NCBI GenBank assembly: GCA_902767375.1
Contig: CACXGV010000042.1
Location: forward strand, 1,188 to 65,187
From: an uncultured Erysipelotrichaceae bacterium
Lineage (GTDB): Bacteria > Bacillota_I > Bacilli_A > RF39 > UBA660
DNA: 64,000 nt
Direction of reading: 5' to 3'
Shown: positions 47,628 through 56,643 of the stretch, in pieces
Layout: the number at the start of each line of letters is the position of its first letter
How positions within the stretch are numbered: position 1 is the first letter of the stretch
The notes under the pieces: generated by a model
Told to the model about the DNA's origin: nothing
Database searches by the model: none
What the model saw: the letters and a program-made list of their open reading frames with translations, nothing else
Made by a program: the position numbers and the translations under genes

Positions 47628-48971
47628 TTAATTAACAATTTTATTTTTAATTTGTTCAATAGTTTCTTTTAATTCAAAATTTGTTTTTAATTCATCTGCT
47701 ATCTTTTCATAAGAATGCAATACTGTTGAATGATCTCTATTTCCAAATTCTAGTCCTATTTTAACTATTGTTTCTTCTGTGGTCATCCGACATAGATACA
47801 TTGCTATTTGTCTTGGATAATTTATATTTGCTGTCCTTTTTTTACTTTTTAAATCTTCTATAGTTATTTTAAAGTGATCTGCAACAGCTTTTTGAATTCT
47901 TTGTATATCATTTGTTACGTATATTGATGATACTAAGTAATCCTTTAAAGCTTCAACAGCAAATTCTAAGTTTATTTCTTTTGGACACATCATCGCTGCA
48001 TAGGCATATAGAATATTGATAGCTCCTTCTAAATGTCTTACATCATTTTCACTATTAGATGCTATATATTCAATAACTTCGTTGTCTACTAAGTTTGCTA
48101 CTTCATGTCCTGACATTTTATCTTTTAAAATTTTGCATTTTAATTCAAAATCTGGTGGATAAATATTAACTGTTAATCCCCATCTAAATCTAGTTCTTAA
48201 TCGATCTTCTAAGTATTTTAAATCGTCTGGAGAACGATCTGAACTTATAATTATTTGTTTATTTAAATCATATAATGTTGTAAATGTATGAAAGAATTCA
48301 TCTTGTGATTTAGCAGCACCTCCTAAGAATTGGATATCATCTATCATTAAGACATCTATATTTCGATATTTTTCTTTAAATTGACTTCTAATATCAAAAT
48401 TATTTTCATCTTTTTTAGTTATTCCGATAAAGTCTGCTATGAATTCTTCACTTGTTATATATAATACTGTTTTATTTGAATTTTTTTCAATATAATTGCC
48501 TATAGCATGCATTAAATGGGTTTTGCCTAAACCACTTTTTCCATATATAAATAATGGATTATATATCTTACCTGGTTGCTCAGCTACAGCTAAGGCAGCG
48601 GTTTGTGCAAATCGGTTACTATCACCTATCATAAAGTTTTCAAATGTATAGTTTGGATTTAAATTCGAATTAATTCTTTGGTGGATAACTTCCTCTTTTT
48701 CGACATTATCATTTATTGATTCTAGTTCTTCTTCGACAACAAATTCTAAATCATAGTTAGTTCCAGTTATTGAATTAATTATTTCTTCTATTAAATCATA
48801 ATAATTATCATTTAAGAATTTTTTATGGAATGTCATAGGCACTTGAATGATTAGTTTTCCATTTTTTATATCTACAAGTTTAGTTTCTTTAAACCAAGTA
48901 TTAAAGGAAATCGTAGTGATTCTTGTATTAAGTACGTTTAAAAAATTATTCCAAAGTTCGTCATTAGTCAT
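47628..48971 (-). CDS. dnaA: Chromosomal replication initiator DnaA
   Basis: Walker A GKSGLGKTHL and Walker B LMIDDIQF are present. Domain IV is marked by RQIAMYLCR and GNRDHSTVLH. Confidence 0.96.
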   Translation of the reverse strand: MTNDELWNNFLNVLNTRITTISFNTWFKETKLVDIKNGKLIIQVPMTFHKKFLNDNYYDLIEEIINSITGTNYDLEFVVEEELESINDNVEKEEVIHQRINSNLNPNYTFENFMIGDSNRFAQTAALAVAEQPGKIYNPLFIYGKSGLGKTHLMHAIGNYIEKNSNKTVLYITSEEFIADFIGITKKDENNFDIRSQFKEKYRNIDVLMIDDIQFLGGAAKSQDEFFHTFTTLYDLNKQIIISSDRSPDDLKYLEDRLRTRFRWGLTVNIYPPDFELKCKILKDKMSGHEVANLVDNEVIEYIASNSENDVRHLEGAINILYAYAAMMCPKEINLEFAVEALKDYLVSSIYVTNDIQRIQKAVADHFKITIEDLKSKKRTANINYPRQIAMYLCRMTTEETIVKIGLEFGNRDHSTVLHSYEKIADELKTNFELKETIEQIKNKIVN

Positions 48972-49019
48972 ATCCTCACCCCGCTATACTTGCTTACTAA
49001 AATAATTGTAAAACATCTT

Positions 49020-49028
49020 TGTGGAAAA
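49020..49028 (-). promoter_or_regulatory. DnaA box (TTTTCCACA, one mismatch to TTATCCACA)
   Basis: The plus strand reads TGTGGAAAA. Confidence 0.65.
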
Positions 49029-49065
49029 AGAAAGATTTAAAATAAGATTTTTAATTATTCCTAGA

Positions 49066-49074
49066 TTTTCCACA
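49066..49074 (+). promoter_or_regulatory. DnaA box TTTTCCACA
   Basis: Read directly from the sequence. Confidence 0.65.
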
Positions 49075-49119
49075 GGGTTGTTAACAAATTTTTCATTATA
49101 ATACCTCATAAAAAATTAC

Positions 49120-49137
49120 TTTTCAACATTTTCCACA
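49120..49137 (+). promoter_or_regulatory. Head-to-tail DnaA box pair TTTTCAACA-TTTTCCACA
   Basis: Read directly from the sequence. The same tandem arrangement recurs at 47550-47567. Confidence 0.6.
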
Positions 49138-49162
49138 AAATAAAATTAACATTGTTTTTTTG

Positions 49163-49171
49163 CTTTCCACA
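49163..49171 (+). promoter_or_regulatory. DnaA box-like CTTTCCACA
   Basis: Read directly from the sequence. It has two mismatches to the consensus. Confidence 0.5.
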
Positions 49172-49203
49172 AATTAACAAAAATTATAAAAATAAATCTT
49201 TTA

Positions 49204-49232
49204 TTGACTTGATTAATTTATTATATTATAAT
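49204..49232 (+). promoter_or_regulatory. Promoter of rpmH
   Basis: TTGACT is followed by a 17-nt spacer and TATAAT, about 30 nt upstream of the rpmH ATG. Confidence 0.65.
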
Positions 49233-49262
49233 AAAAACGCCTATTGAAACGGAGGTGCGAAG

Positions 49263-49388
49263 ATGAAAAGAACATTTCAACCAAATAATGCTAAAAAAGC
49301 TAAGAAACAAGGTTTTTTTGCTAGAAAAGAATCAAAGATTTTAAAAACTCGTAGAGATAAAGGTCGTAAAAGATTAATTAACAAATAA
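49263..49388 (+). CDS. rpmH: 50S ribosomal protein L34 (41 aa, below the ORF-track cutoff)
   Basis: Hand translation gives [41 protein letters not shown]. The RBS is GGAGGTG. It lies upstream of rnpA. Confidence 0.9.
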   Translation: MKRTFQPNNAKKAKKQGFFARKESKILKTRRDKGRKRLINK

Positions 49389-49425
49389 GCCACTATAGTG
49401 GTTTTTATTCTATGTGGAGGAAATC

Positions 49426-49755
49426 ATGAATGAAAAATTAAGAATAAAAAGTAAAATAGAGTTTGAAAATATTATTACAACAGGTAAGAAAAAATCAAAT
49501 CAATTTTTTACTATATATAATAAGGAAAGAAAATTAGAATTTCCTCGTTTTGGCGTTACTTTAGGAAAAAAGTTTGGTAATGCTGTTCATAGAAATAAAT
49601 ATAAAAGAATTTTAAGAGAAATTATTAGAAATAATCAAAAAAAGTTTGAAAATAGTTTTGATTATATTATAATAATGAAGAAAACCTGTGAGGGTTTAAA
49701 TTATAAAGTTATAGAAAATAATTTGCTAACTTTGATTAATCAGGAGGAAAAATGA
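49426..49755 (+). CDS. rnpA: Ribonuclease P protein component
   Basis: It contains FGVTLGKKFGNAVHRNKYKRILRE (the RNR-like motif). The start is at the ATG at 49426, after a GGAGG RBS. The tracked ORF begins at the GTG at 49414. Confidence 0.88.
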   Translation: MNEKLRIKSKIEFENIITTGKKKSNQFFTIYNKERKLEFPRFGVTLGKKFGNAVHRNKYKRILREIIRNNQKKFENSFDYIIIMKKTCEGLNYKVIENNLLTLINQEEK

Positions 49756-50690
49756 AAAAGAAAATTTTAATATTAATAGCAGTTGTATTTTTATTATCTG
49801 GATGTACTAAGTATTTAAGTGATGATAATAATAAAAGGATAGTTAATGAATCTACTGGTCAAGCTATTCCATCAAATATATTATGTAAACCAACCAGTTC
49901 AGAATTATTGGAAATTTATGAAAAATATAATTCTAAACTAGATGTTCCTTTAGAAAAATTAGGAGATTGTAAAAATCTAAAATATTATGACTCAGAAAAC
50001 TATAATGGTTTATGGGTACAACTTATTGTTATGCCACTAGCATGGTTAATAATTAGAATTGGTAATTTAGTTGGTAATTATGGTTTATCTGTAATGATAG
50101 TAGGGTTATTAATAAGAATTGTTTTATTACCATTTAGTATTAAAATGACCAAACAATCTGAAAATATGAAAAAAATCCAACCAGAAATGGCGAGAATTGA
50201 GAGAAAATATGCTGGTAAAGATGATCAACAATCTCAAATGGCTAAAGGTCAGGAAATGATGATGCTTTATAAAAAATATAATGTTAGTCCATTTGGAAGT
50301 TGTTTATTATCATTTATTCAATTACCATTATTCTTTGGATTTTTAGAAGCTATTAATCGTATTCCTGCAATTTTTGAAGGCACTCTTGGTGTTTACCATT
50401 TAGGAACTACGCCTTTAATAGGATTAAAATCTGGTAATTATTTTTATATCGTTTTAGTATTATTAATAATATTAACTACATATTTATCATTTAAATTTGG
50501 AGCAAATACTACTGGTGGTGGAACTGAGCAAGAAAAGCAAATGAAGATGATGACGACATTTATGATTGTATTTATTTCAATTGCTTCATTTAGTTTACCA
50601 ACTGCTATTGCATTATATTGGGTAGTTACAAATGGATTTAGTGTAGTACAAACATTAATAATAAAAAATAGAATAAAAGAGAGGATATAG
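49752..50690 (+). CDS. yidC: Membrane protein insertase YidC (lipoprotein type)
   Basis: The lipobox is LLSGC. The YidC/Oxa1 core is marked by GLSVMIVGLLIRIVLLPF, MKKIQPEM, PFGSCLL.FIQLP and ALYWVVTN. Confidence 0.9.
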   Translation: MKKKILILIAVVFLLSGCTKYLSDDNNKRIVNESTGQAIPSNILCKPTSSELLEIYEKYNSKLDVPLEKLGDCKNLKYYDSENYNGLWVQLIVMPLAWLIIRIGNLVGNYGLSVMIVGLLIRIVLLPFSIKMTKQSENMKKIQPEMARIERKYAGKDDQQSQMAKGQEMMMLYKKYNVSPFGSCLLSFIQLPLFFGFLEAINRIPAIFEGTLGVYHLGTTPLIGLKSGNYFYIVLVLLIILTTYLSFKFGANTTGGGTEQEKQMKMMTTFMIVFISIASFSLPTAIALYWVVTNGFSVVQTLIIKNRIKERI

Positions 50691-50694
50691 AGTA

Positions 50695-51306
50695 ATGGAA
50701 GTATATGTATTTGAAGGAAAAAATGAAGAACAAGTTTTAGAAAAAGCTCTAAGTAATTTAAATGTAACTGAAAATGATATTTTAGTTAAAAAAGAAAAAA
50801 TTAAAGGTGGCTTATTTAAGGCTGAAACTTTTAAATTTACAGTTATTAAAATATCTGATGTACAAGATAGTATTAAGAATTTCTTAAAAGATTTACTTAA
50901 TAAAATGGGATTAGATGTTCAATTTGAAAGTAGTTTAAGAGAAAAACAAATTAATATTAAAATGTTTTCTGATAATAATGCAATTCTTATTGGTAAAAAT
51001 GGACAAACTTTATCTGCTTTAACAACAATTGTTAAACAATATGTTTTTAATCAAATTGGGGTTTATCCTTATATCAATTTAGATGTTGAAAATTATAAAG
51101 ATAAACAAATAATGCATTTAGAAAGACTTGCTAAGAATATAGCCAGAGAAGTAAGAAATACTAAAGAACCTGTATATATGGAAAATATGAATGCATATGA
51201 AAGAAGAATAGTACATAATGTGCTTACTAATTTTAAAGGAGTTACTACAGAAAGTGAAGGGGAAGAACCTAATCGACATGTAGTTGTAAAACCTACTGAA
51301 GAGTAG
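50695..51306 (+). CDS. jag: RNA-binding protein Jag/KhpB (Jag_N, KH, R3H)
   Basis: The KH domain is marked by IGKNGQTLSAL. The R3H domain is marked by MNAYERRIVHNVL. Confidence 0.88.
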   Translation: MEVYVFEGKNEEQVLEKALSNLNVTENDILVKKEKIKGGLFKAETFKFTVIKISDVQDSIKNFLKDLLNKMGLDVQFESSLREKQINIKMFSDNNAILIGKNGQTLSALTTIVKQYVFNQIGVYPYINLDVENYKDKQIMHLERLAKNIAREVRNTKEPVYMENMNAYERRIVHNVLTNFKGVTTESEGEEPNRHVVVKPTEE

Positions 51307-51382
51307 GTTTTTTATATTAAAAAATTATCTTTTTAATTTTATTAAAGTATGCTATAATATGGCGCGTAAGTGGGGTGTTAGT

Positions 51383-52738
51383 ATGAATACTACTATTTGT
51401 GCAATTTCTACTGCTATGGGAGTAGGGGCTATTTCTATTATTAGATGTAGTGGTCCTAAAGCAATTTCAATAGTTAATTCAATTTTTAAAGGTAAAAATT
51501 TAGAGGAAGTACCTAGTCATACAATTAATTATGGGTATATTTTTTATAATGGTGAAATAATAGATGAAGTATTAGTTAGTGTTATGAAAGCACCTAAAAC
51601 TTTTACTACAGAAGATATTGTAGAAATTAATTCGCATGGTGGTCCTGCTATTACTAACAGAATTCTTGAAATATTACTTTTATCAGGTTGTACTCTTGCT
51701 GATCCAGGAGAGTTTACTAAAAGAGCTTTCTTAAATGGTAGAATCGATTTAACTCAAGCGGAAGCTGTTCAAGATTTAGTAACAAGCGAAAGTGAAAAAT
51801 CAAGAAAAATGGCTATTAATCAGTTAACTGGTTCTTTATCTAATCAAATTATTAGTATCAGAAAAGAAATCTTAAATGTTCAAGCTAATATTGAAGTTAA
51901 TATTGATTATCCTGAGTATGAAGAGGGGGAAAAGTATACTAAAGAAACGTTATTACCTAAGATAGAAAAAATAAATATTATGTTAACTGACTTACTCAAT
52001 AATGCTAAAAATGGTAAGATGATTAAGAGTGGGATTAATGTTGCATTACTAGGTAAACCTAATGTTGGAAAAAGCAGTATTTTGAATTCTTTTTTGGAAG
52101 AGGAAAAAGCAATTGTTACCCCAATAGCTGGTACCACAAGAGATGTGGTTGAAGGAAGATTCATTTTGGATGGTATTATACTTAATATTATAGATACTGC
52201 TGGCATAAGAAAAACGGATGATGTTGTTGAAAAAATAGGTGTTGAAAGAAGTATAAAGGCTTCTGAAGATGCTGATTTAATTATTTATGTTGTATCTAGC
52301 GAAGATTTATTAACTAGTGAAGATGAGGAAATATTAAAATCTTTAAAAGGTAAGAACGTAATTTTATTTGTTAATAAAAATGATATAAGTGATAAAAAAT
52401 TATCTACTGATTTTGTTTCTGATGATTATATAATATATGGAAATACAGTTACCTTTGAGGGATTAGATAACCTAAAGGATAAAATAAGAAAAATGTTTAA
52501 TCTAAGTGAAATAGAGAGTTCAAATTATACTTTTTTATCAAATGCTAGACAATTATCATTAATAAAAAGTGCAAATGTAAAAATAGAAAATATTATTAAT
52601 ACTATCGGTGATCTACCTTTGGATGTTTTTACAATTGATTTAAGAGAAGCTTACGAATTGTTAGGTGAAATTATTGGTGAAACATATAAAGAAGATTTAA
52701 TTGATGAATTATTTTCTAAATTTTGTTTAGGAAAGTAG
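51383..52738 (+). CDS. mnmE: tRNA modification GTPase MnmE
   Basis: TICAISTA..GAISIIR, the G-domain motifs GKPNVGKSS and DTAGIR, and the C-terminal FCLGK are present. The start is at the ATG at 51383, after a GGGGTG RBS. Confidence 0.93.
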   Translation: MNTTICAISTAMGVGAISIIRCSGPKAISIVNSIFKGKNLEEVPSHTINYGYIFYNGEIIDEVLVSVMKAPKTFTTEDIVEINSHGGPAITNRILEILLLSGCTLADPGEFTKRAFLNGRIDLTQAEAVQDLVTSESEKSRKMAINQLTGSLSNQIISIRKEILNVQANIEVNIDYPEYEEGEKYTKETLLPKIEKINIMLTDLLNNAKNGKMIKSGINVALLGKPNVGKSSILNSFLEEEKAIVTPIAGTTRDVVEGRFILDGIILNIIDTAGIRKTDDVVEKIGVERSIKASEDADLIIYVVSSEDLLTSEDEEILKSLKGKNVILFVNKNDISDKKLSTDFVSDDYIIYGNTVTFEGLDNLKDKIRKMFNLSEIESSNYTFLSNARQLSLIKSANVKIENIINTIGDLPLDVFTIDLREAYELLGEIIGETYKEDLIDELFSKFCLGK

Positions 52739-52745
52739 GTGAATT

Positions 52746-54617
52746 ATGAATTTTGATATTATTGTTGTAGGTGGTGGCCATGCAGGTTGTGAAGCTTCTC
52801 ATGCTGCTGCTAAAATGGGATTTAACGTAGCACTTATTTCTGCTAATAAAAAAAATATTGCAGATATGCCTTGTAATCCATCAATTGGTGGTACTGCTAA
52901 AGGTATAGTGGTAAGGGAAATTGATGCCTTAGGTGGATTAATGGGTAAGGTTGCAGATAAGAGTTTAATTCAAATTAAAATGCTTAATAATGCTAAGGGT
53001 CCTGCAGTTAGATCTTTAAGAGCTCAAGCAGATAAGATTACTTATCCAAAAGAAATGTTAAAAGAATTAGAATCAATTAATAATTTAACTATTATTGAAG
53101 CTATGGTCGAAGATTTAATAGTTGATGGGAAAAATATTAAAGGAGTTAAACTAGCCAATGGAGAAGTTATTAATTGTAAGGCTTTGATTTTAACTACTGG
53201 AACTTATTTAAAAAGTAAAATTTTAGTTGGGGATACATCAAAAGAGGAAGGTCCTCATGGAGAAAAAAGATCTAATCATTTAAGTGATTCTTTAAGAGAT
53301 TTAGGTTTTGAGATTCAAAGACTTAAAACAGGTACTCCTCAAAGATTAGATAAGTCATCAATAGATTTTTCTGTATTAAAAGAGGAAAATGGCGATGATT
53401 GTTATTGGACTTTTAGTTTTGATAATGGTCCATTCTATGATAAGGATAAACAAGAAAAATGCTTTATTGTATATACAAATGAAGAAACTCATAGAATAAT
53501 TAGAGAAAATTTAACTAAATCTGCCATGTATGGTGGGTATGCTGAAGGAATTGGGCCACGTTATTGTCCATCAATCGAAGATAAAGTTGTTAGATTTGCA
53601 GATAAAGAGAGACATCAATTATTCTTAGAACCAGAAAGTTTGTATTATGATGATATTTATTTACAAGGATTTTCTACTAGTATGCCAGAAGATGTTCAAG
53701 AGAGAATGGTTCATAGTTTAAAGGGGCTTGAAAATGCTAAAATATTAAAATATGCTTATGCGATTGAATATGATGCAATTAATCCACTTCAATTAACTCC
53801 TTCTTTAGAAACAAAAGTAATTAATAATCTATTTACTGCTGGACAAATTAATGGGACTAGTGGTTATGAGGAAGCTGCTGGGCAGGGTTTAATTGCCGGT
53901 ATAAATGCAGGATTAAAACTACAAGGCAAAGATCCTTTAATTTTAAAAAGAAATGAATCTTATATTGGAGTTCTAATAGATGATTTAGTAACTAAGGGAA
54001 CAAAAGAACCTTATAGATTATTAACATCAAGGGCAGAATATAGATTATTACTTAGACATGATAATGCTGATTTAAGATTAAGAGAATACGGTTTTAATTG
54101 TGGTTTAATCAGTGAAGAACAATATCAAAAATTAAATAATAAGATTAAATCTATTGAGGAAGTTGAATCTTATTTAAAAAATAATAGAGTTACTTTTAAG
54201 ACATTACCTGAAGATTATTTAGCTAAATTAAATATTACTTTAACTAATGGAGTATCTATATTTGAATTTATGAAACGTCCAGAAGTTACGTTAGAAGATT
54301 TATTAAAATACAATATTATTGATTTTAAAAATATATCTGATGAAGTTTGGGAACAAGTAATATTTGATATAAAATATGAAGGATATATTAAGAAAGAGCA
54401 GGAAGAAGCGGACAAGTTAATAAAAATGGAAGGTAAACAAATACCAGATGATATCGATTATGATAAGGTTAAAAATTTAGCTTCGGAAGCAAGACAAAAA
54501 TTAAAATTAGTAAAGCCATTGACTCTTGCTCAAGCATCCAGAATTAGTGGGGTTAATCCTGTAGATATAAGCGTACTCGCAATATATTTAAAGAAAGAAT
54601 ATAATAAAAATGACTAA
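52746..54617 (+). CDS. mnmG: tRNA uridine 5-carboxymethylaminomethyl modification enzyme MnmG (GidA)
   Basis: VVGGGHAGCEA is the FAD-binding motif. GPRYCPSIEDK and AGQINGTSGYEEAA are also present. Confidence 0.95.
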   Translation: MNFDIIVVGGGHAGCEASHAAAKMGFNVALISANKKNIADMPCNPSIGGTAKGIVVREIDALGGLMGKVADKSLIQIKMLNNAKGPAVRSLRAQADKITYPKEMLKELESINNLTIIEAMVEDLIVDGKNIKGVKLANGEVINCKALILTTGTYLKSKILVGDTSKEEGPHGEKRSNHLSDSLRDLGFEIQRLKTGTPQRLDKSSIDFSVLKEENGDDCYWTFSFDNGPFYDKDKQEKCFIVYTNEETHRIIRENLTKSAMYGGYAEGIGPRYCPSIEDKVVRFADKERHQLFLEPESLYYDDIYLQGFSTSMPEDVQERMVHSLKGLENAKILKYAYAIEYDAINPLQLTPSLETKVINNLFTAGQINGTSGYEEAAGQGLIAGINAGLKLQGKDPLILKRNESYIGVLIDDLVTKGTKEPYRLLTSRAEYRLLLRHDNADLRLREYGFNCGLISEEQYQKLNNKIKSIEEVESYLKNNRVTFKTLPEDYLAKLNITLTNGVSIFEFMKRPEVTLEDLLKYNIIDFKNISDEVWEQVIFDIKYEGYIKKEQEEADKLIKMEGKQIPDDIDYDKVKNLASEARQKLKLVKPLTLAQASRISGVNPVDISVLAIYLKKEYNKND

Positions 54618-55329
54618 GGAATTATTTGAATTAGAGTTAAAAAAAATAGGAATTAATTTAACTAAAGAAATAAGTGATAAAATAGAATTATATGCTGATT
54701 TATTACTTGAATATAATGAGAAAGTTAATATTACTTCAATAAGAAATAAAAAAGAAGTATATTTAAAACATTTTTATGATTCATTAACTCTTGCAAAGGC
54801 TATAGATTTAAATAAAAAATTAAATGTTTTAGATATTGGTTCTGGGGGAGGGTTTCCCGGAATAGTAATTGGAATAGTTTATCCAAATTTAAATATTACT
54901 TTACTTGATAGTAATCATAAGAAAACAGATTTTCAAAATTATATTATAGAAAAGCTAGCTTTAAAGAATATTAATACTGTTAATTTAAGGGCTGAAGATT
55001 ATTTTAAAGTGAATAAGAAATATGACTTAGTGGTTGCAAGAGCGGTTGCTAATATGGTAACTTTATCTGAATTATGTATTCCTTTTGTTAAGCGAGGTGG
55101 TTATTTTATTGCTATGAAGGGTGATTTTAAAGATGAAATTGATTCTTCATTGTATGCAATTGAAACACTTGGTGGAAGAAAACCTAATATAATTACTTTT
55201 AATCTACCAGAAGTTAATGATGTAAGAAATTTAGTAGTTGTTCAAAAAGAAAGGGATACTCCTAAAGGATATCCTAGAAAATATGATCAAATATTAAAAA
55301 GACCTTTAATTAAAAGAGATAATTATTAA
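54610..55329 (+). CDS. rsmG: 16S rRNA (guanine527-N7)-methyltransferase RsmG (GidB)
   Basis: HFYDSL, DIGSGGGFPG and VARAVA are present. Confidence 0.92.
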   Translation: MTKELFELELKKIGINLTKEISDKIELYADLLLEYNEKVNITSIRNKKEVYLKHFYDSLTLAKAIDLNKKLNVLDIGSGGGFPGIVIGIVYPNLNITLLDSNHKKTDFQNYIIEKLALKNINTVNLRAEDYFKVNKKYDLVVARAVANMVTLSELCIPFVKRGGYFIAMKGDFKDEIDSSLYAIETLGGRKPNIITFNLPEVNDVRNLVVVQKERDTPKGYPRKYDQILKRPLIKRDNY

Positions 55330-55412
55330 TTTAATCATCTCTTTTTTTATGAAATTGGTTGAAAAATAATCAAAAATAAAGTATTATTGTATTAGAATAG
55401 GAAGGGTATTAT

Positions 55413-56624
55413 ATGAATAGAGAATCAACAATTCAAAATATTAATGTAGATCTCATTATTCCAAATAGATTTCAACCAAGACTTACTTTTGATGAGAATG
55501 CTTTAAACGAACTTGCAAAATCTATTAAAGAGCATGGTATTATTCAACCCTTAGTTTTAAGAAGAGTAGATGACAAATATGAAATTATTGCTGGTGAAAG
55601 AAGATATAAAGCTGCTCAGCTTGCTGGGCTATCAGAAGTTCCTGCAATAATTACTGATATAGATGATAATAAGAGTGCAGAGGTTGCTTTAGTTGAAAAT
55701 GTGCAAAGAAAAAATTTGAATTCAATGGAAGAGGCGCGTTCTTATAAAAAAATATTAGATAAGGGTTATTTAACTCAAGAGGCCTTGGCACAAAAAATGG
55801 GAATTTCTCAATCTAATTTAGCTAATAAGTTAAGATTATTAAATCTAGCACCTGAAGTACAAGAAGCACTTGTTAATAATAAGATTAGTGAAAGACATGC
55901 AAGAAGTCTCTTATTAGTAAATGATCCTCTTAGACAAATTTCACTTCTTAATAGAATTATTGCAGAAAGATTAACAGTAAGACAACTAGATGCAATTATT
56001 AAGGAAAATACAACTACAACTGTAGTTCCAAGTCCTGTTAATATAACTCCATCTGTTGAAATTCCTGATGTGGTTAAAGAGGAGACTGTTACTCCAACAG
56101 AGGTGGTAGAAAATTCTCCTGTACAACAAGAAGAATCTGCTGTTGTAACAAATGAGGAAGTATCAGCTTCAGATAATGATACTGAAGGGGCGCAAACAGA
56201 TGTTGAAACACTTGATACTTTAGATGATGATATTGAGAAACATGATAATCCATTAGATAGAATTTTAGAAAAGATTACAGGACCACAATATCCTTCTCTT
56301 GAAGATGAAGCAGCTAATTTAAATATGGATACAGACGATTATTTTAATCCTTTTAATAATGTTGATAATGAACCAATGCCTCAATTTGATGCTCCAAAAG
56401 AAGAAGAAACTGCAGTAATAGAAGAGAAAGAAGAGGAAGTTTCAGAGGTAGTTGAAGAAAATCCTCAATTTGTAATTGAGCCTAATAATTTCGAATCAAT
56501 TAAGAAAGCATATAATAATTTAAGAAATGAAATCGAAAAAGCCGGTTATAAAATAACGACTGAAGATTTTGATTTTGAAGATATTTATCAAATAATTATT
56601 AAAATTGATAAACCAGAAGAATAA
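55413..56624 (+). CDS. noc: ParB-family protein with a Noc-type recognition helix, a long acidic insertion and no N-terminal membrane-targeting extension
   Basis: The ParB N-domain is marked by IPNRFQPR and IIAGERRYKAA. The HTH region is LTQEALAQKMGISQSNLANKLRLLNLAPEVQEALVNNKISERHARSLL. An Asp/Glu/Thr/Val-rich segment runs from about residue 200 to 345, followed by a small C-terminal domain. It lies directly after rsmG, where Bacillus noc sits. Confidence 0.75.
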   Translation: MNRESTIQNINVDLIIPNRFQPRLTFDENALNELAKSIKEHGIIQPLVLRRVDDKYEIIAGERRYKAAQLAGLSEVPAIITDIDDNKSAEVALVENVQRKNLNSMEEARSYKKILDKGYLTQEALAQKMGISQSNLANKLRLLNLAPEVQEALVNNKISERHARSLLLVNDPLRQISLLNRIIAERLTVRQLDAIIKENTTTTVVPSPVNITPSVEIPDVVKEETVTPTEVVENSPVQQEESAVVTNEEVSASDNDTEGAQTDVETLDTLDDDIEKHDNPLDRILEKITGPQYPSLEDEAANLNMDTDDYFNPFNNVDNEPMPQFDAPKEEETAVIEEKEEEVSEVVEENPQFVIEPNNFESIKKAYNNLRNEIEKAGYKITTEDFDFEDIYQIIIKIDKPEE

Positions 56625-56643
56625 GAGCTTAGGCTCTTTTTTA
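56625..56643 (+). terminator. Terminator after the noc-like gene
   Basis: AGAGC-TTAG-GCTCT is followed by TTTTTT. Confidence 0.7.

Larger units (their letters stand above)
48972..49200. other. oriC: oriC DnaA-box cluster upstream of dnaA (dnaA-rpmH intergenic)
   Basis: There are five box-like 9-mers of the type TTTTC(C/A)ACA, and the coding-strand polarity switches here. Confidence 0.75.

Noticed and set aside
49390-49406. The palindrome CCACTATAGTGG followed by TTTTT after rpmH could be a terminator separating rpmH from rnpA.
   Set aside because: The stem has essentially no loop and would be short and weak. rpmH and rnpA are normally co-transcribed. At most it is a partial attenuator, so it is not listed as a feature.
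54853-54863. TTTCCCGGAAT inside rsmG could be a fourth Noc-binding site.
   Set aside because: It lacks the central G, so it is not the symmetric 14-mer. It is also fully explained by the codons for the conserved RsmG SAM-binding motif GGGFPG.
56010-56450. The GAA/GAT-rich repetitive DNA in the noc-like gene, and in rpoE at 59320-59480, could be tandem-repeat elements.
   Set aside because: These are in-frame acidic low-complexity coding segments, not discrete DNA repeats. The acidic tail is a known property of RpoE delta.
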